Positions 26,346-38,689 of a stretch of 64,000 bases of DNA are shown here, piece by piece (within the stretch, counting starts at the first letter, position 1; every line of letters starts with the position of its first letter). The notes below the pieces were generated by a model that searched no databases, was not told where the DNA came from, and worked only from the letters and a program-made list of their open reading frames with translations. The stretch is from the NCBI RefSeq assembly GCF_018977255.1, contig NW_024704742.1, positions 17,920,001-17,984,000 of the forward strand. Direction: 5' to 3'. A program made the position numbers and the translations under genes. Source of the stretch: Callorhinchus milii. Lineage: Eukaryota.

Positions 26346-27361
26346 ACATCCACGCAAGAAGATGTGTGTCCTCTGCCACTGCTTATGGACGTTATGCTGA
26401 TTCGACTCTACTTAATTCTTAAATTCACAGGCTCCAACCCTATGATTGCCAACAATTGGCCCTGCAGTCTAATAATTCGCCCCAAACTAAACTGAACTAT
26501 TCACTAAAATGTAACCAGACAATAAGTGGAATTAAATAACCACTAATTGCTGATTTAGCTTTCCAAACACAAGCCTGCAAATAAAAGATAAACAATAAAA
26601 AAACTGAAATTATATTGCAGAATTTAGATATAAGCATATTTCAAAGTGTCTTACAATGGGTGAGATGGACACTGATCAAGCAATGGAAATAAGTTAGAAA
26701 TGGCCAAGGGTTGACCTGAAAGCAAGGAGAGTGATTTTGGAAGTAAGGTCCAGAGAAAAGGGATGTGAAGGTGGGGTGGGAAACTCAGCCTCTGAGGATG
26801 GAGTGATCTTCCACGAAGAACGAGTGGGTGTCTGTCATGCAGAATAACGCGACGATGTGCTGATGAAGCACATTCATTTGTGTTCTCCAAAACAAAATTA
26901 ATCTGCTTGGAGAACACAGATGAATTTTTACATGTAATTTTGTGCACAGGACAAGAGCATTAAACCAACATGCAGCCGCTTAACACAACATAGAGTTCGC
27001 TGAACAGACCAAAATTGAAAAATGAGGAAATGCTCAAAATTAGATGCGCACAACTACTGGGCTGTATTTATCTCAGTTCAAATTCCATTACTCACCAGTG
27101 TTGCCACATTCAAATTGATTACTGATGTAGTGCCACACTGTGCAAGGACATATTTAATAACATTGTTAATGGATGTATTGCTCTCAGCCAGTCAGATCAA
27201 ATGTAAATGCAAACATTATTATTTTGAGACTGACATTATATAATGACTTGAGTATAACGTGATATTTCTTAATGGAATTCCTTAATAAGAAAACCCAAGT
27301 CAGGCAAATGGGATCTCCTTAAGTGCCTGGCAGATGCCATATGACCAATGAAAACTTAGGT

Positions 27362-27785
27362 GTCAGCCTGGCTAGGTTGTAGCACTCTCGCCTCTGAGTC
27401 AGAAGTTGTTGGTTCCAGCCCCAAATTAGGACTTTGAACTCACGGTGAAACTCCAATGCAAGGGTAAAGGCACACTGCATTGTCAGAGGTCAATGCTTCA
27501 GCAGAGATGTTATACCACAGTCTTGTCTGCTTGTTCAGTTAGCTGTTAAGAATCCCACAACACTATTGGAAAAGAGAAGAAAGTTTCTCTTCGTGTCCTG
27601 GCCAACAATCTCCCAGATCAAACTGCGAATTTGCGTCATGGCTATTTGTGCGACATTTCTGAGCACAAATTTGCTATGATACTGACCTACAAAAAAATAG
27701 TGATTACACTTCACAGCAAAAACATCCTGTGAAGCACTATGAGATGTTTCGTCAATGTGATAAGGAGCCATATCAAATACAAGGA
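27362..27785 (+). mobile_element. Near full-length Deu-like SINE
   Basis: Head gtcagcctggct...agcactctcgcctctgagtcagaag; core ttaagaatcccac...gtcctggccaa; L2-type tail. Confidence 0.75.
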
Positions 27786-28505
27786 TTTTTTTTCCTCTCT
27801 CCCATATGATCTACTTCCAAAGTGGAGTTTTTGTGGGTCGATGGATATTGAAACAGGATTTCTTTTTGCGGTTTTCCATTAAGAAATACTGTAAATTCGA
27901 TCCCACAGTATATATTGCGACAGTACAATAACAAGGCTGCACAAAGGTTAAAGTGAAGCATATTCCAGTAGGATGTTAGGTGGATGAAACTCGTTAGTTA
28001 GTGTTATGATGCTAAATTCCACTTCCTTTTTTATATTTTAAAAGATTAATTGTCGATGATTTAGCAGCGAGGTTGTGAGGAAGAAGAGAGCAAAACAAAA
28101 TAAGGTCAAATCTCTAACATAGTTATAAAAAAATTGTTCTCTACACTGGCATTGGTTCATTCAGTTCAGTCTGTAGGGAACAAACATGACCTGGAGATGA
28201 CACTTTTCTGTGTTTTCTCTGTGATATAATTTTCTTTCGACATGTTTCTGGCAGCATAATTGGTTTAGAACAAGGCATGTAGAATAATTATAGTGACACT
28301 AAACTACATTAAAATCAAGAGAACCTGAAGCGGAACGAATTAAACAAGAAATGGTTTATAATTTAAAGGAGAATGTAAGTGTGCAAAGACTCAGCTCTTA
28401 AACTAGGATGATGAAAAGTTGAGATAACTGCTAATTGTTCAGACTCATTAAGACATTAGAAGAACATGCACAGAAGTATTGAAGCATGAAATGAGCAGTC
28501 TGTAC

Positions 28506-28562
28506 CATGCTGCCTGTAGACAGGGGGTTTTCTATAGATGTTATCTGCTCTCCCATCAGTTT
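28506..28562 (-). CDS. ablim2: ablim2 exon, 57 nt: ETDGRADNIYRKPPVYRQH
   Basis: tcttcag|AA...CATG|gtac; NIYRKPPxY motif; phase 1 to 1. Confidence 0.95.
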
Positions 28563-31091
28563 CTGAAGACAGAAAAAGAAAAAAGTAAAGAATGTTCAGT
28601 ATGTAGCATTCCAGCTTGTTAAAATAAAATATGCACCAAGACTCATAGGACTAAGCTGAATGTCAGAATCTGCCTGCAAACAAACCAAGGTAATAATAAA
28701 TCACAGCCCATGACTCAGAAAAATGTTTGCATTAAAATAACATATATTTCAAGTGACATTGGAAACTATCAGTCAGCCTTGTCATCACAGGTTTCACTTA
28801 TAGACCTGTGATGACTCAGGTCAGAGGAGGACATCATTGATTGACATGTTTGGTCACTTGGTCAGGCTTTCAGAAGCCTGGACTGCGCAGAAATACATGA
28901 ACACTGGGTAAACCTATTTACTCTTCACTAATTGGTGGCAGAACATTTATATCAGACACAACAGCAGATCTGAATGTGAACTTTGATTGAAATAAAGTGG
29001 TCTCTTATCCTAGCAGGGACAAGAAGCCAACTTTATTTTAAAAATTGGCCTCCTCGGCTGGCTTATGGATAAATATGATGCGGTGTCTGAGCCATGCAGA
29101 ACAGGATATTCTCTCTTCTGAGCTAATTTATCCACAGTATATAACATACATGAATGACAACAACTTTCATGAGTTATTGTAGAGCTGCCAGAATTGGTGG
29201 ATCTGTACCTTCAGGGGCAAATGTGGAAAATGTTTTTTCTGGCACTCTACCTTAGTCTTCAAAATGCTATTATTGTCACATAACGTAGCTCTTTCGGAAG
29301 GAAAATCCACTGTGACATTCACCAAATGGCAACAAGTAGAATACATGTGACCACTTATTACTTTTATTAGCATTTTACAACAAGGTATAAATCGCACCAC
29401 AACCTTGCATTGCATTCAGATCCCAATGTTGGTAGAAACGACAATAAAAATAAGGCCCATTGAAGGACACTCTGATAATGGAGCAACCACAGTGCAAAAA
29501 TCCATTTGGTTAATTTAACACATTAAAAGCTACCATATTTGACCTTTCTCTCCCTTTGGCATGATCACCCAGATCTTCAATCATGCTGTTGTTAACGCTC
29601 TGAATGCATTCTTGTGACAGGTGTGAAAGCAATGAGAAAAGGAGCAGTTCAATTTATTTTATTTATATTTATAAGTGTGCACTTTGTTCATACCACTCAG
29701 AGGCAGAAGGCTATGTGGCAGTGAATTCTCTTATAAAAATTCGAAGTCATTTATTAGCGGCCACAGTTTATGAAGGCAGCTACTGCAACAGAATATAATG
29801 ATGGGAATTATAATGTATATTACTAGAATTAAAAAACACAATTAGGTCAATAAAATTGCTATTGTACATTTATAGCAACATTTAGTCTTGCCTCCATGGA
29901 GTACACTGTTCCACAAGGTGCTATTTCTGTTGTTTACTTCTTTCTGTTCAGCAATAAAGCACAAGATGGAATTTAACTTTCAAATCTTTCTCTGTCAGGA
30001 GCTTTTATACAGCCTATACCCTTCCTTACCCAGAAATATGTCTCCAGGTGAATTTCTTAAAAGAAATTTGGCCAAATTACACTGTATTTGGCGGGCGGGT
30101 CAGAGCCCGAGAGAGTATGACATTGACACCAAAAGTGCAGTATAAAGCAGCATAACTAAGTAAATACACAAAACAGATCCCCTGCAGGAAGTATAATGTA
30201 GGAATATGATGCTACACCATATAAGTAAGGTCAAATTGCAGCTCCAGATATGATTGAAGTAGCACTTAGACTTGAAGACAAGTCTGTAAATTTGTATCAG
30301 TGATCCCAGAGAAAATATATTTACATTTTTTCTTAAACATGTTGAAAACAGAAAGGTTTTGACATTTTCCCAAACAAATACATTTCCCTCATCATGAACC
30401 AGTTTTTCAAAGTCTTGTGTTGTACTTTGTGACATTTCAAGAACATTGCATATCAGATAACGGGCCATTTCATCTTGCTTAGCTGAAGTCATGTCTGAGC
30501 ACAAGAAGACATAAAAAGCTCATGGGTGGGTGGAAATAAGAGAATGCAGATGTAGATTCAAATGATAGCCACGAACGTAGGAGATTGCAGTCATGTAAAC
30601 AGAGGCTTAATCAAGCTATTTATGGAATTAATAACTGCCGCTGATTGCAAGGTATTAATGCAACTGAGGAGTAATGAGCTCCTAAGCAAAGAGCAAGGCA
30701 TTTTCATCCAATGGTTATCTTAACTCTCAGCCTTGATATAACTTCTTAATAGTTGCAACATTCCAATTCATGACCAGACTGCGTCTGCAATTCACAGTTT
30801 TTCCAAGTACAGGTCTTCATTGTGGGATTTCCTCTAAACTTCTGTGCACAAATAAACCAAAGTATTGGAAAAATTGTGATCCATGTTGTGCAAGGAAAGT
30901 TACCAAAGTAGGAAAACATACAAGTGTTATATGTAAACATTTGTAGCCATGATATGTTTCTTTTGCCTTTGATTCTCTCCTGTCTCTAAGTTTCTCCTCT
31001 TTATTTTTTGTATTTTTCTCTCTCACATTCCTGAATATTTCCTCTCTCTCTCCTTTGCTTCTTACCTCCCTTACTTCAAACTAGTGATTAT

Positions 31092-31305
<214 letters not shown>

Positions 31306-31611
31306 TTCCTAGTGAACGGGGGGGGGGGAAACATTCTACAATTCAATGAATTGCCCAGAAATTGTGGGTTAATGTGCAATCTTCCATCAGTGGGTCTGCA
31401 TTGAATGAACACATTTTACTTTCAGCAGTGTGCCCAAAGGGATTCTTATTAACTTGCTTACATCAACAAAATTGTAAATCGTTAAGTACTGTGTGGTAAA
31501 TGAATTCAAATGAAATACATACAGGACACTGGGAGCACTGCTCCTGATAAACGTCGGTATATTGGATGGAAGCAAATTAAATCTGAAACTGAAGTGTTTA
31601 ACTAAACTATC

Positions 31612-31955
31612 TTTTTTTGGTCAGCCAGGTGTTTGACACATTTGGAAACCCATCACCATGCTTAAGAGTAACCAATCCAAGCTGAGATTTCCATGCATCC
31701 CACCTACTCATGGAAATCTCATCATGAAGGGATGTGTCCTACTTACCTAATTCCAAAGTTCCAGGCGCAGGTGGGCAAGAGTCAAGGCTTGGGAGATCCA
31801 GAGTGTGTGCTGGGGTACTGCTGGAGTCTAACCAGCTAAAACTTTGATATTACTTGCCATTGATATTACTGTCTGGTAAGCTTTCCCGCTGCCTGTCCAG
31901 CTAGCACCACCCTACCAGTTAGGGCTTTGGCTTGCAGGGTTAACAGGAGCTGAGT
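31612..31955 (-). repeat. Unclassified dispersed repeat, copy D (best preserved; may extend to about 32170)
   Basis: All shared blocks present; perfect 13-bp stem at 31683-31721; A7 run at the presumed 3' end. Confidence 0.8.
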
Positions 31956-32817
31956 GGGATGACTCCCTGCCCCCAGTGACTGGTCTGCCCTTCTAGGTCC
32001 TGCCGATGAGCCAGACTAGCTGTGCTGTCATCAGTAGTGCCTGGAATACTGCGGATCCCTCTGGTTCAGGAACCGGAATACCGAGACTGCCATAGGGAGC
32101 TGGCTCGACTCCGACATTCTGTTCCCAGGCATGTTACCTTGGAGCCAGTTAGCTCCCAGGAGACCCAGCTTAGCTAAATTACAATCCACTTGTTTTCTAA
32201 AGCTCTGTTTATATGGAAATTCTGAAACAGATGAGAACTTAATGTTCCTCTAACAGATATACAAAGGACCATAAAAATGCCTGTTGCTATTTGAATCTGA
32301 CATTAACACCCAAGAAATAGTCTTAGTCTGTAAGAAAATCAGATCATCTTTGCTTTGGAATGCAAGATTACAATAACCTGTTACATACTTATTGTAGACA
32401 ATGAGGTATAAATTTGTAACAAAGCCATTAGTAATAGCTCTATGTCACAAATAAAATAGTCTCTGGTAGCCAGAAGTCTCTCCTGCCCACAGGTAGGCGG
32501 TTCTGTAAGGTGATTGTGCTGGAGAAAAATTCCTGTGTGTAGGCATGATTTGTTATTATGAGTTGTTATTTTTTACTCAAAGTGATATTGCCACCTCCAT
32601 TACGAACTGCTGAAATTCAGACCCCAATCCCAAAAATGGTCTTCAAACACTTTTGATGGCAACTCTATAGTACAGCTCTAAAGCAATCCGGTCAACATTA
32701 GCATTTCAGTGGGAGAGAGTCTTTGCAGAGCTCACTGTACTCTGAAGTAAGAGGCCAAAGTTTGAAGGAAGCAAAGAACTTACAAGCAAAAACCAGCAGA
32801 GCGCATGCAGTTCCTAC

Positions 32818-32907
32818 CTGGTACATGGAAATGTCTAGGAGCCTGGATATAGGATTTGCTGTCTAGCTGCAGGGATAAGCTGGGAGTGCTCCGACCGCTT
32901 TCACTGC
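32818..32907 (-). CDS. ablim2: ablim2 exon, 90 nt: GSESGRSTPSLSLQLDSKSYIQAPRHFHVP
   Basis: ctctttggag|GC...CCAG|gtagg; phase 1 to 1; QAPRHFHVP motif. Confidence 0.95.
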
Positions 32908-34429
32908 CTCCAAAGAGAAAAGCAAAGAAGATAGAGAAAAGAAAACGGGAAGCAGAATAAGATAGTTACATGCTCAATGCTGAAGTAAAAGTATATAATG
33001 CCATAGCATGTTTCAAACAATAGATTAATAGAAGAGTATTAATAAGCCATAAAGCCATATCTGGGCTTTCAAGTGCACGTTTGACAAGAAAATATACCAT
33101 TTACTAATGGAATGCAGAGCTCCCTCAACCAGACTGACCTTTTCATTAATTGCTGGAATAATGAGGAAACGTTGCATTGCTTTAAATCCCTTAGAATTGG
33201 GACTGAAGGTTTAAAATAATAATTTCTTCAATCTTCCCACCTGCCACTAGCAAAAGACTGGCTGACACAGAGATCAGTCAAAGAGAAGCAACAAGCTTTT
33301 CCAGGTCTGAGTGAAATTTTGGTTGGAACACAATTTATTTTCAGCAGTATATTTTCTTAGAGAAATAAACTGAGCAGAAAGGAGGGGACTGCTTGAGCAT
33401 TTATTTTTACGTTTAAAAATGAAATTCTGATATTTTATGGCATTATATAAAGTTATAATAAGCAAAATAATTCATTATTAGCAAAGAATTGGTTGTCTGC
33501 TTCGTCGTTTGAACAAATTGAGGAGTGCATTATTGACCAATAATTCAGACCTGTTTTTGTTTCAGATTTCCAGCATCTGTGGTATTTTGCGTTTTGTTAA
33601 TAAATCAGATCTTTCTGATGCAGGACCACCTCAGGATTTGAAGCCAGCCTAAAAGAATTCTGCAAACAATCTTAAAGTTGCACAAAAATATTTAAATGTT
33701 CTTGTCTGTTTTCCAACAGTTTGGTCGATGGGTTGATTTCAAACTAACGCACTGTTGAGTGAGGCACTACGGCTCTTCCATTGGTCTATTTGCTACAGCC
33801 ATATAGACCAGAAAAACATTGCAGATTTGAATCCTCCGGTCTTGTGTTGATCTAGCTCATATCAGGCAGGACAACAGTTGGGATTTGGCACCAGACCTCC
33901 AACATTTTTCAAGCAACGTATTTTGCAAAAGGGAAGGAATGCCAATAATTGTCAATGCTTAAGTTACAGGGTTCACCACCATTTCTTCCTCTACAGATGT
34001 TACTTTTTTGCATTGCCAAATAAAAGATTGAAGGCATAATAATATTCAGTGGAAGAAGTTATGGTTTTTATCAACTGATAGATGTTATGTTATAGTATTT
34101 AATGTAAAGTCCATTTCATGCCAAGAAGAAATTCTCCTACATAATTCATGATGGAATTCATCCAAGAGTGCAATCAGTATCTTTTTGACACAGTGATGAA
34201 AAGCAATAGTGTCATGAAAATTGTAGAGAAGGGTTAGGATTTGGGCCCACACAGCAAATGATTTCCCTGGAGTGGTCTGAATATTTTTTTAAAATTAGTT
34301 GTGTTTTGCGATCGCATTGCCTATTCATCTCCATTATGAATCTGTATTGCAATTCTAACGGCAAATACTGTGCATCAGAGTAGCTGAATTACAGGTATAA
34401 GAGGACAGCATTTTGCCTTGATTTCATTG

Positions 34430-35095
34430 CAACAACAACTTGCATTTATATAGCGCCCTCAATGCCGTGTGGCATCCCAGAGTGCTTAATAATGGTGGAG
34501 CTTGATGCCGAGCCAGGGGGAGGGGGAAGGTGACTATAAGCATGGTTGAAGAGGAAGGTCTTCAGGCACGACCTGAAAATGGGAAGGGGGCAAGGCGAAG
34601 GGATTGAGGGAGGGAGTTCCATTGCTTTGGGCGTAGTGGCTGAAGGCACGGCTGCCAATGGTGGAGCAGAGGATTCGAGGGACAAGGAGGTGACCGGTAG
34701 TGCGGAGGCAGCAGGTAGTGAGTTCTATGAGGAGAGAGGTTGGAGAGGGATGCCAAGGTGTGGAGGGATTTAAACACTAGAGTAAGGATCTTGAAGTCGA
34801 TCTGCTCTGTGACAGGGAGCCAGAGGAGTTTGGCAATGACTGGGGTAATCGAGGTGCAGAGTTTAGTGGGGGTGAGAATGCAAGCAGCAGAGTTTTGGAT
34901 GAGTTGAATTTTGTGAATAGTGGAGGAGGGGAGACCAGCGAGGAGGGCTTTAGAGTAGTCCAGTCAAGAGGTGACAAAGGCATGGACAAGGGTTTCGGCA
35001 GCTTGTGGAGTGAGCTATGTTGGATTCGGGTAATGTGGCGGTGGTGGAGTAAAGTAGTCCTGGTCAGGGACCGGATGTGGGGGAGCACATCTGCC
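34430..35095 (-). mobile_element. L2 LINE 3' fragment
   Basis: LPHIRSLTRT.., FRSCLKTFLF remnants; (GTT)n tail. Confidence 0.9.
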
Positions 35096-35574
35096 ACTAA
35101 GAATCAAGCTTTATTTTCTTCACTCTACTTTCAATTTGATGTAGCTTTATAAAGAAAGCATTGCTTTGAAGGGTCAACTCCAAAGTATGCTCAGGATCTT
35201 CATTTTTTGTTACTTTTAACTTCTCGGGGTGCCACAGGCAAGTTTAGAAAGTGAAAGTCATATCTACAGCAATATATAAACCTATAACAAGCAAATTAGA
35301 GTACTGATTGATAAATACTCAATTGGCCTGTAGTGCCTTTTCATAAATAAATGAAAAAATTCATAAATAAATGAGCAAATTATGAAAAAACCAACAATTT
35401 TTTTTGATACATTATTGCTTCAGTATTTGACGCCAACTTAGATTGGTGCTGCAAGGTATTATAATGTTGTATATGATTGTGGGAATCAAAAAAGGCTGAA
35501 ACATTTGCCCCACTTCCTCTTTTAGACAAGAAAAAACATTAGTGATTGATCAAACTGCCTTTACAGATTCCGAC

Positions 35575-35778
35575 CCAGAGCCCTTCCAACTCGCTCCCTC
35601 TCTCATCTCTTTCAAGGTCCATTACAAGACCTACAATTGTGTCTTCGGTCATCTTTCCCCTCCACACCTACCTTCAACTCCCACCCCCAGCTCGGATGCA
35701 AAGCCAAGACTGTTAAGCACCTTGGGAAATTCTCCCAGTGTGAAAGACACTATACAAAAAGTGAATTTGTTATTGTAA
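35575..35778 (+). mobile_element. L2 3' end fragment
   Basis: APSLISFKVHYKTY remnant and tail gtgaaagacactatac. Confidence 0.75.
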
Positions 35779-36447
35779 TTATCAACCAAACTGAGCCACT
35801 GAAAATTCCTAATTTTTTAGTATTCGAAAGTGGTCAATGTGAGATGGATGTTTAAAGGAGTTTTTTTTATATGTGTTGAATATGCAAAAAACATTACTAA
35901 ATTGGTAAACAAAATACATTTTAAAAAGCAGAAGAAAAAAAGTAAAATGTGAGATCAGGGCGAGGAAAGGTGAAGTTTAACTTTTTTATTGTTATTTTAG
36001 TGTGTTCATAGTACAATAATAATTTCTTGCAAGTTTTGAGGTTTATTATTGTAATATTTTTTTCAGCATCTTAATACACAAGCTCAAAATTTTCCTCGAC
36101 CTGTGAGTGAGTCTAGGCCTATTTTTAAGACAAAAAATAGGTTTTTCAGGCTGACTGGATAGAATTTTGGGTGTCTGAAGTCAACACCTTGTGCAGCTCT
36201 TGTGCATCTCCTAGTGGCTGTCTAAGGAGCTCCATTGGAGAGCACGTCTCCAGCACCATCTCACAACCTTGGAATGATATGTAGCAAAGTTGAGATTACA
36301 AGAGAGGAATATAGTAACATAAATATTTCTCAAGTTGTTGTGCAGATTAGAGGAAAACATTAATAATATTTATAGATAAGGTATCCAAAAGCCACTGCTA
36401 TAGGCTGAAACACAGGGAAGATGTTCCTTGAAGATTGAATGAATGCC

Positions 36448-36768
36448 ATAATAATAAATAATAATAATCCTTGCATTTGATATAGTGCTTTTCAGGTCTT
36501 CTAGACGTTTCAAAGCGCTTCACAGAATATACTGTAAAGTGAATTGACTGTATATTTGTGGGTGAAATGCGGCAGCCAATTGCACACAGCATTGTCCCAC
36601 AAACAGTCATGGATTGAAATGACCAATGATATTATTATTCTTTTTTCTTGAGGGATTATTATCAGGCATGTGGAGTAAGGAAACTTGCCCAAGGTTTTGC
36701 CCTGCCGGGAATCAAACCCAGGTCTCTTGCTTACGAGGCAAGTGCTCTAACCACTGAGCTGCAGGACT
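36448..36768 (-). mobile_element. Full-length tRNA-derived SINE
   Basis: Head gagtcctgcagctcagtggttagagc; body and tail as at 14009. Confidence 0.95.
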
Positions 36769-38689
36769 CACTTTGTCAGTGTTGTCTTCACAAACATACA
36801 AATATAGGGAAAGACGTATTGCTGTTGACAGTTTCACAAATAATTACAGTATTTTATATATATTTTTCATATAATTTAAGATTAAAAAAAGGAAGAATCC
36901 ATCTAGATGTATTACTGTGATATTCAACAGATATGTAATTAAAGGACTAACCATATGGTTTGACCAGTCTAATATATTCCAACTTTTACTGTTAGTCTGG
37001 GAGAAAAGGTGTTGAATATGAGCATTCTTTGAGAGCGAATAGTATTGGATGGCAAATTGTTTCACCAGTACACACACATACACATAGCCACACGTACATA
37101 CACACATCTACCACAAGCTGCAACAATTCATGACCATAAGATCTTTCCTTAAAAGTAAAGGTTTTTACTTTCCTTTGGGATAGTCATCCTTACTGTTCAC
37201 CGTGTTTATTATATCAAGTTTCCCGAAGCACAGTCCATTTTAATCAGTCTAATTCAAAACGTTTAACAATATGCTTTGAGACATTTTACTGAGGATCAGG
37301 TTATTTCTGCATTGATTTTGAAAATATCTTAAATCACTTTATCATTCCAAATCATTTCTGTTAGTCAAAGCTTTTCAAAGGTAAACATTCACAATTGAAG
37401 AACATAATTTTTCCTTAATAGATTTGTGTCAAGGGAATTGACTCCTAATAAAATGCTGCTGCCAGAACACATGACTAACATACTGCAAGTAAAATTCTCC
37501 TCAAATGTAATAATTAGACATGTAATGCTGCAAATTCACTCACATTCAGACCAGAAGACCACTTTTGAAGTCACACAACACCAATCACCACAGACACATA
37601 AAGACCATCAAGATTACCTTGATGTCAGCTTTTAGTATATGAGAGAAGTTTAACATTCTCTTCAAAACAAGAGATAATCGGGAAAAATTAAAAATGTATG
37701 TAGAGCCACTGCATTTTTGTAGTGTTACAGCACCAGGTTTATGGTTTGATAAATGAGCTGGAATGTGCTTGAGAAACTTATGAGGTTTTTATTGCAGCAC
37801 ATTAAATAAGGATGTAATAAGCAGTGATGGTACCTATTCGTTTGTCCTTTCTCTAAAGAACTATGATTTGAAGGCTTTTCACAATGCCAAACAATTGTCT
37901 ATTAAAAGTTAGTTAATAAATTGGTCACAACTGTATGTTAGTTACAGACTGTAATAGTATGTGGGCACATTCACATATACATATATTTTGTCATGTGATT
38001 TCCCAGTTCCCTACTGTGATCTACTGTTAATCAGGCTATGCATTAAATTGTTTTTTTCCCCATGTTTGTGCTGTTATTGGTTGCAGGAGTTGTGTGAATG
38101 TATGATGTGTTTATGCACTTGTATTAGAAATGTGGGGTATTTTTTCAGTGCTTTTTCAGTGTACCTGCCTATTAAGAAACTTGCACTGAAACATTAAAAC
38201 ATAATAAAGACTACAGTTTGCATGGCACTGACAAGAAAGGTAAAACTTGACATCCGTGTCTGATCCCCAGAAAGCTGTTTCACAGTTGAAGACTTATTGC
38301 TGGAAAACAATAGGAATGCATAGAAGCGTATGTATTCCTGGAATTTGAAGGCTACGCAATTCATATTCTGCTGCACTTACGATACCCTGAATAACTCGTC
38401 TGACTTGGTCTAGGAGTTTAAGAGAAAAGCTGTTCTGTGAACAAATGCTTTTTAGTGTTCACACTAAACACGTGTACCATATGATTATCCTTGTGGTCGT
38501 GAGCCCCAAACCATCTGCTGGCATTTGCCTCAGTGGAATCCATTATGAGTCAAAGGAATCAGGTGATCAGAAACATGGTGTAGATGATGGACGATTTGGG
38601 CAAAAGGTTTTCATATTGTGGCATCTATAACTGACAAACGGCTTCTGCAGGACTCTACAATCATCTTTTATCCAATCTGTGCCACCTCT

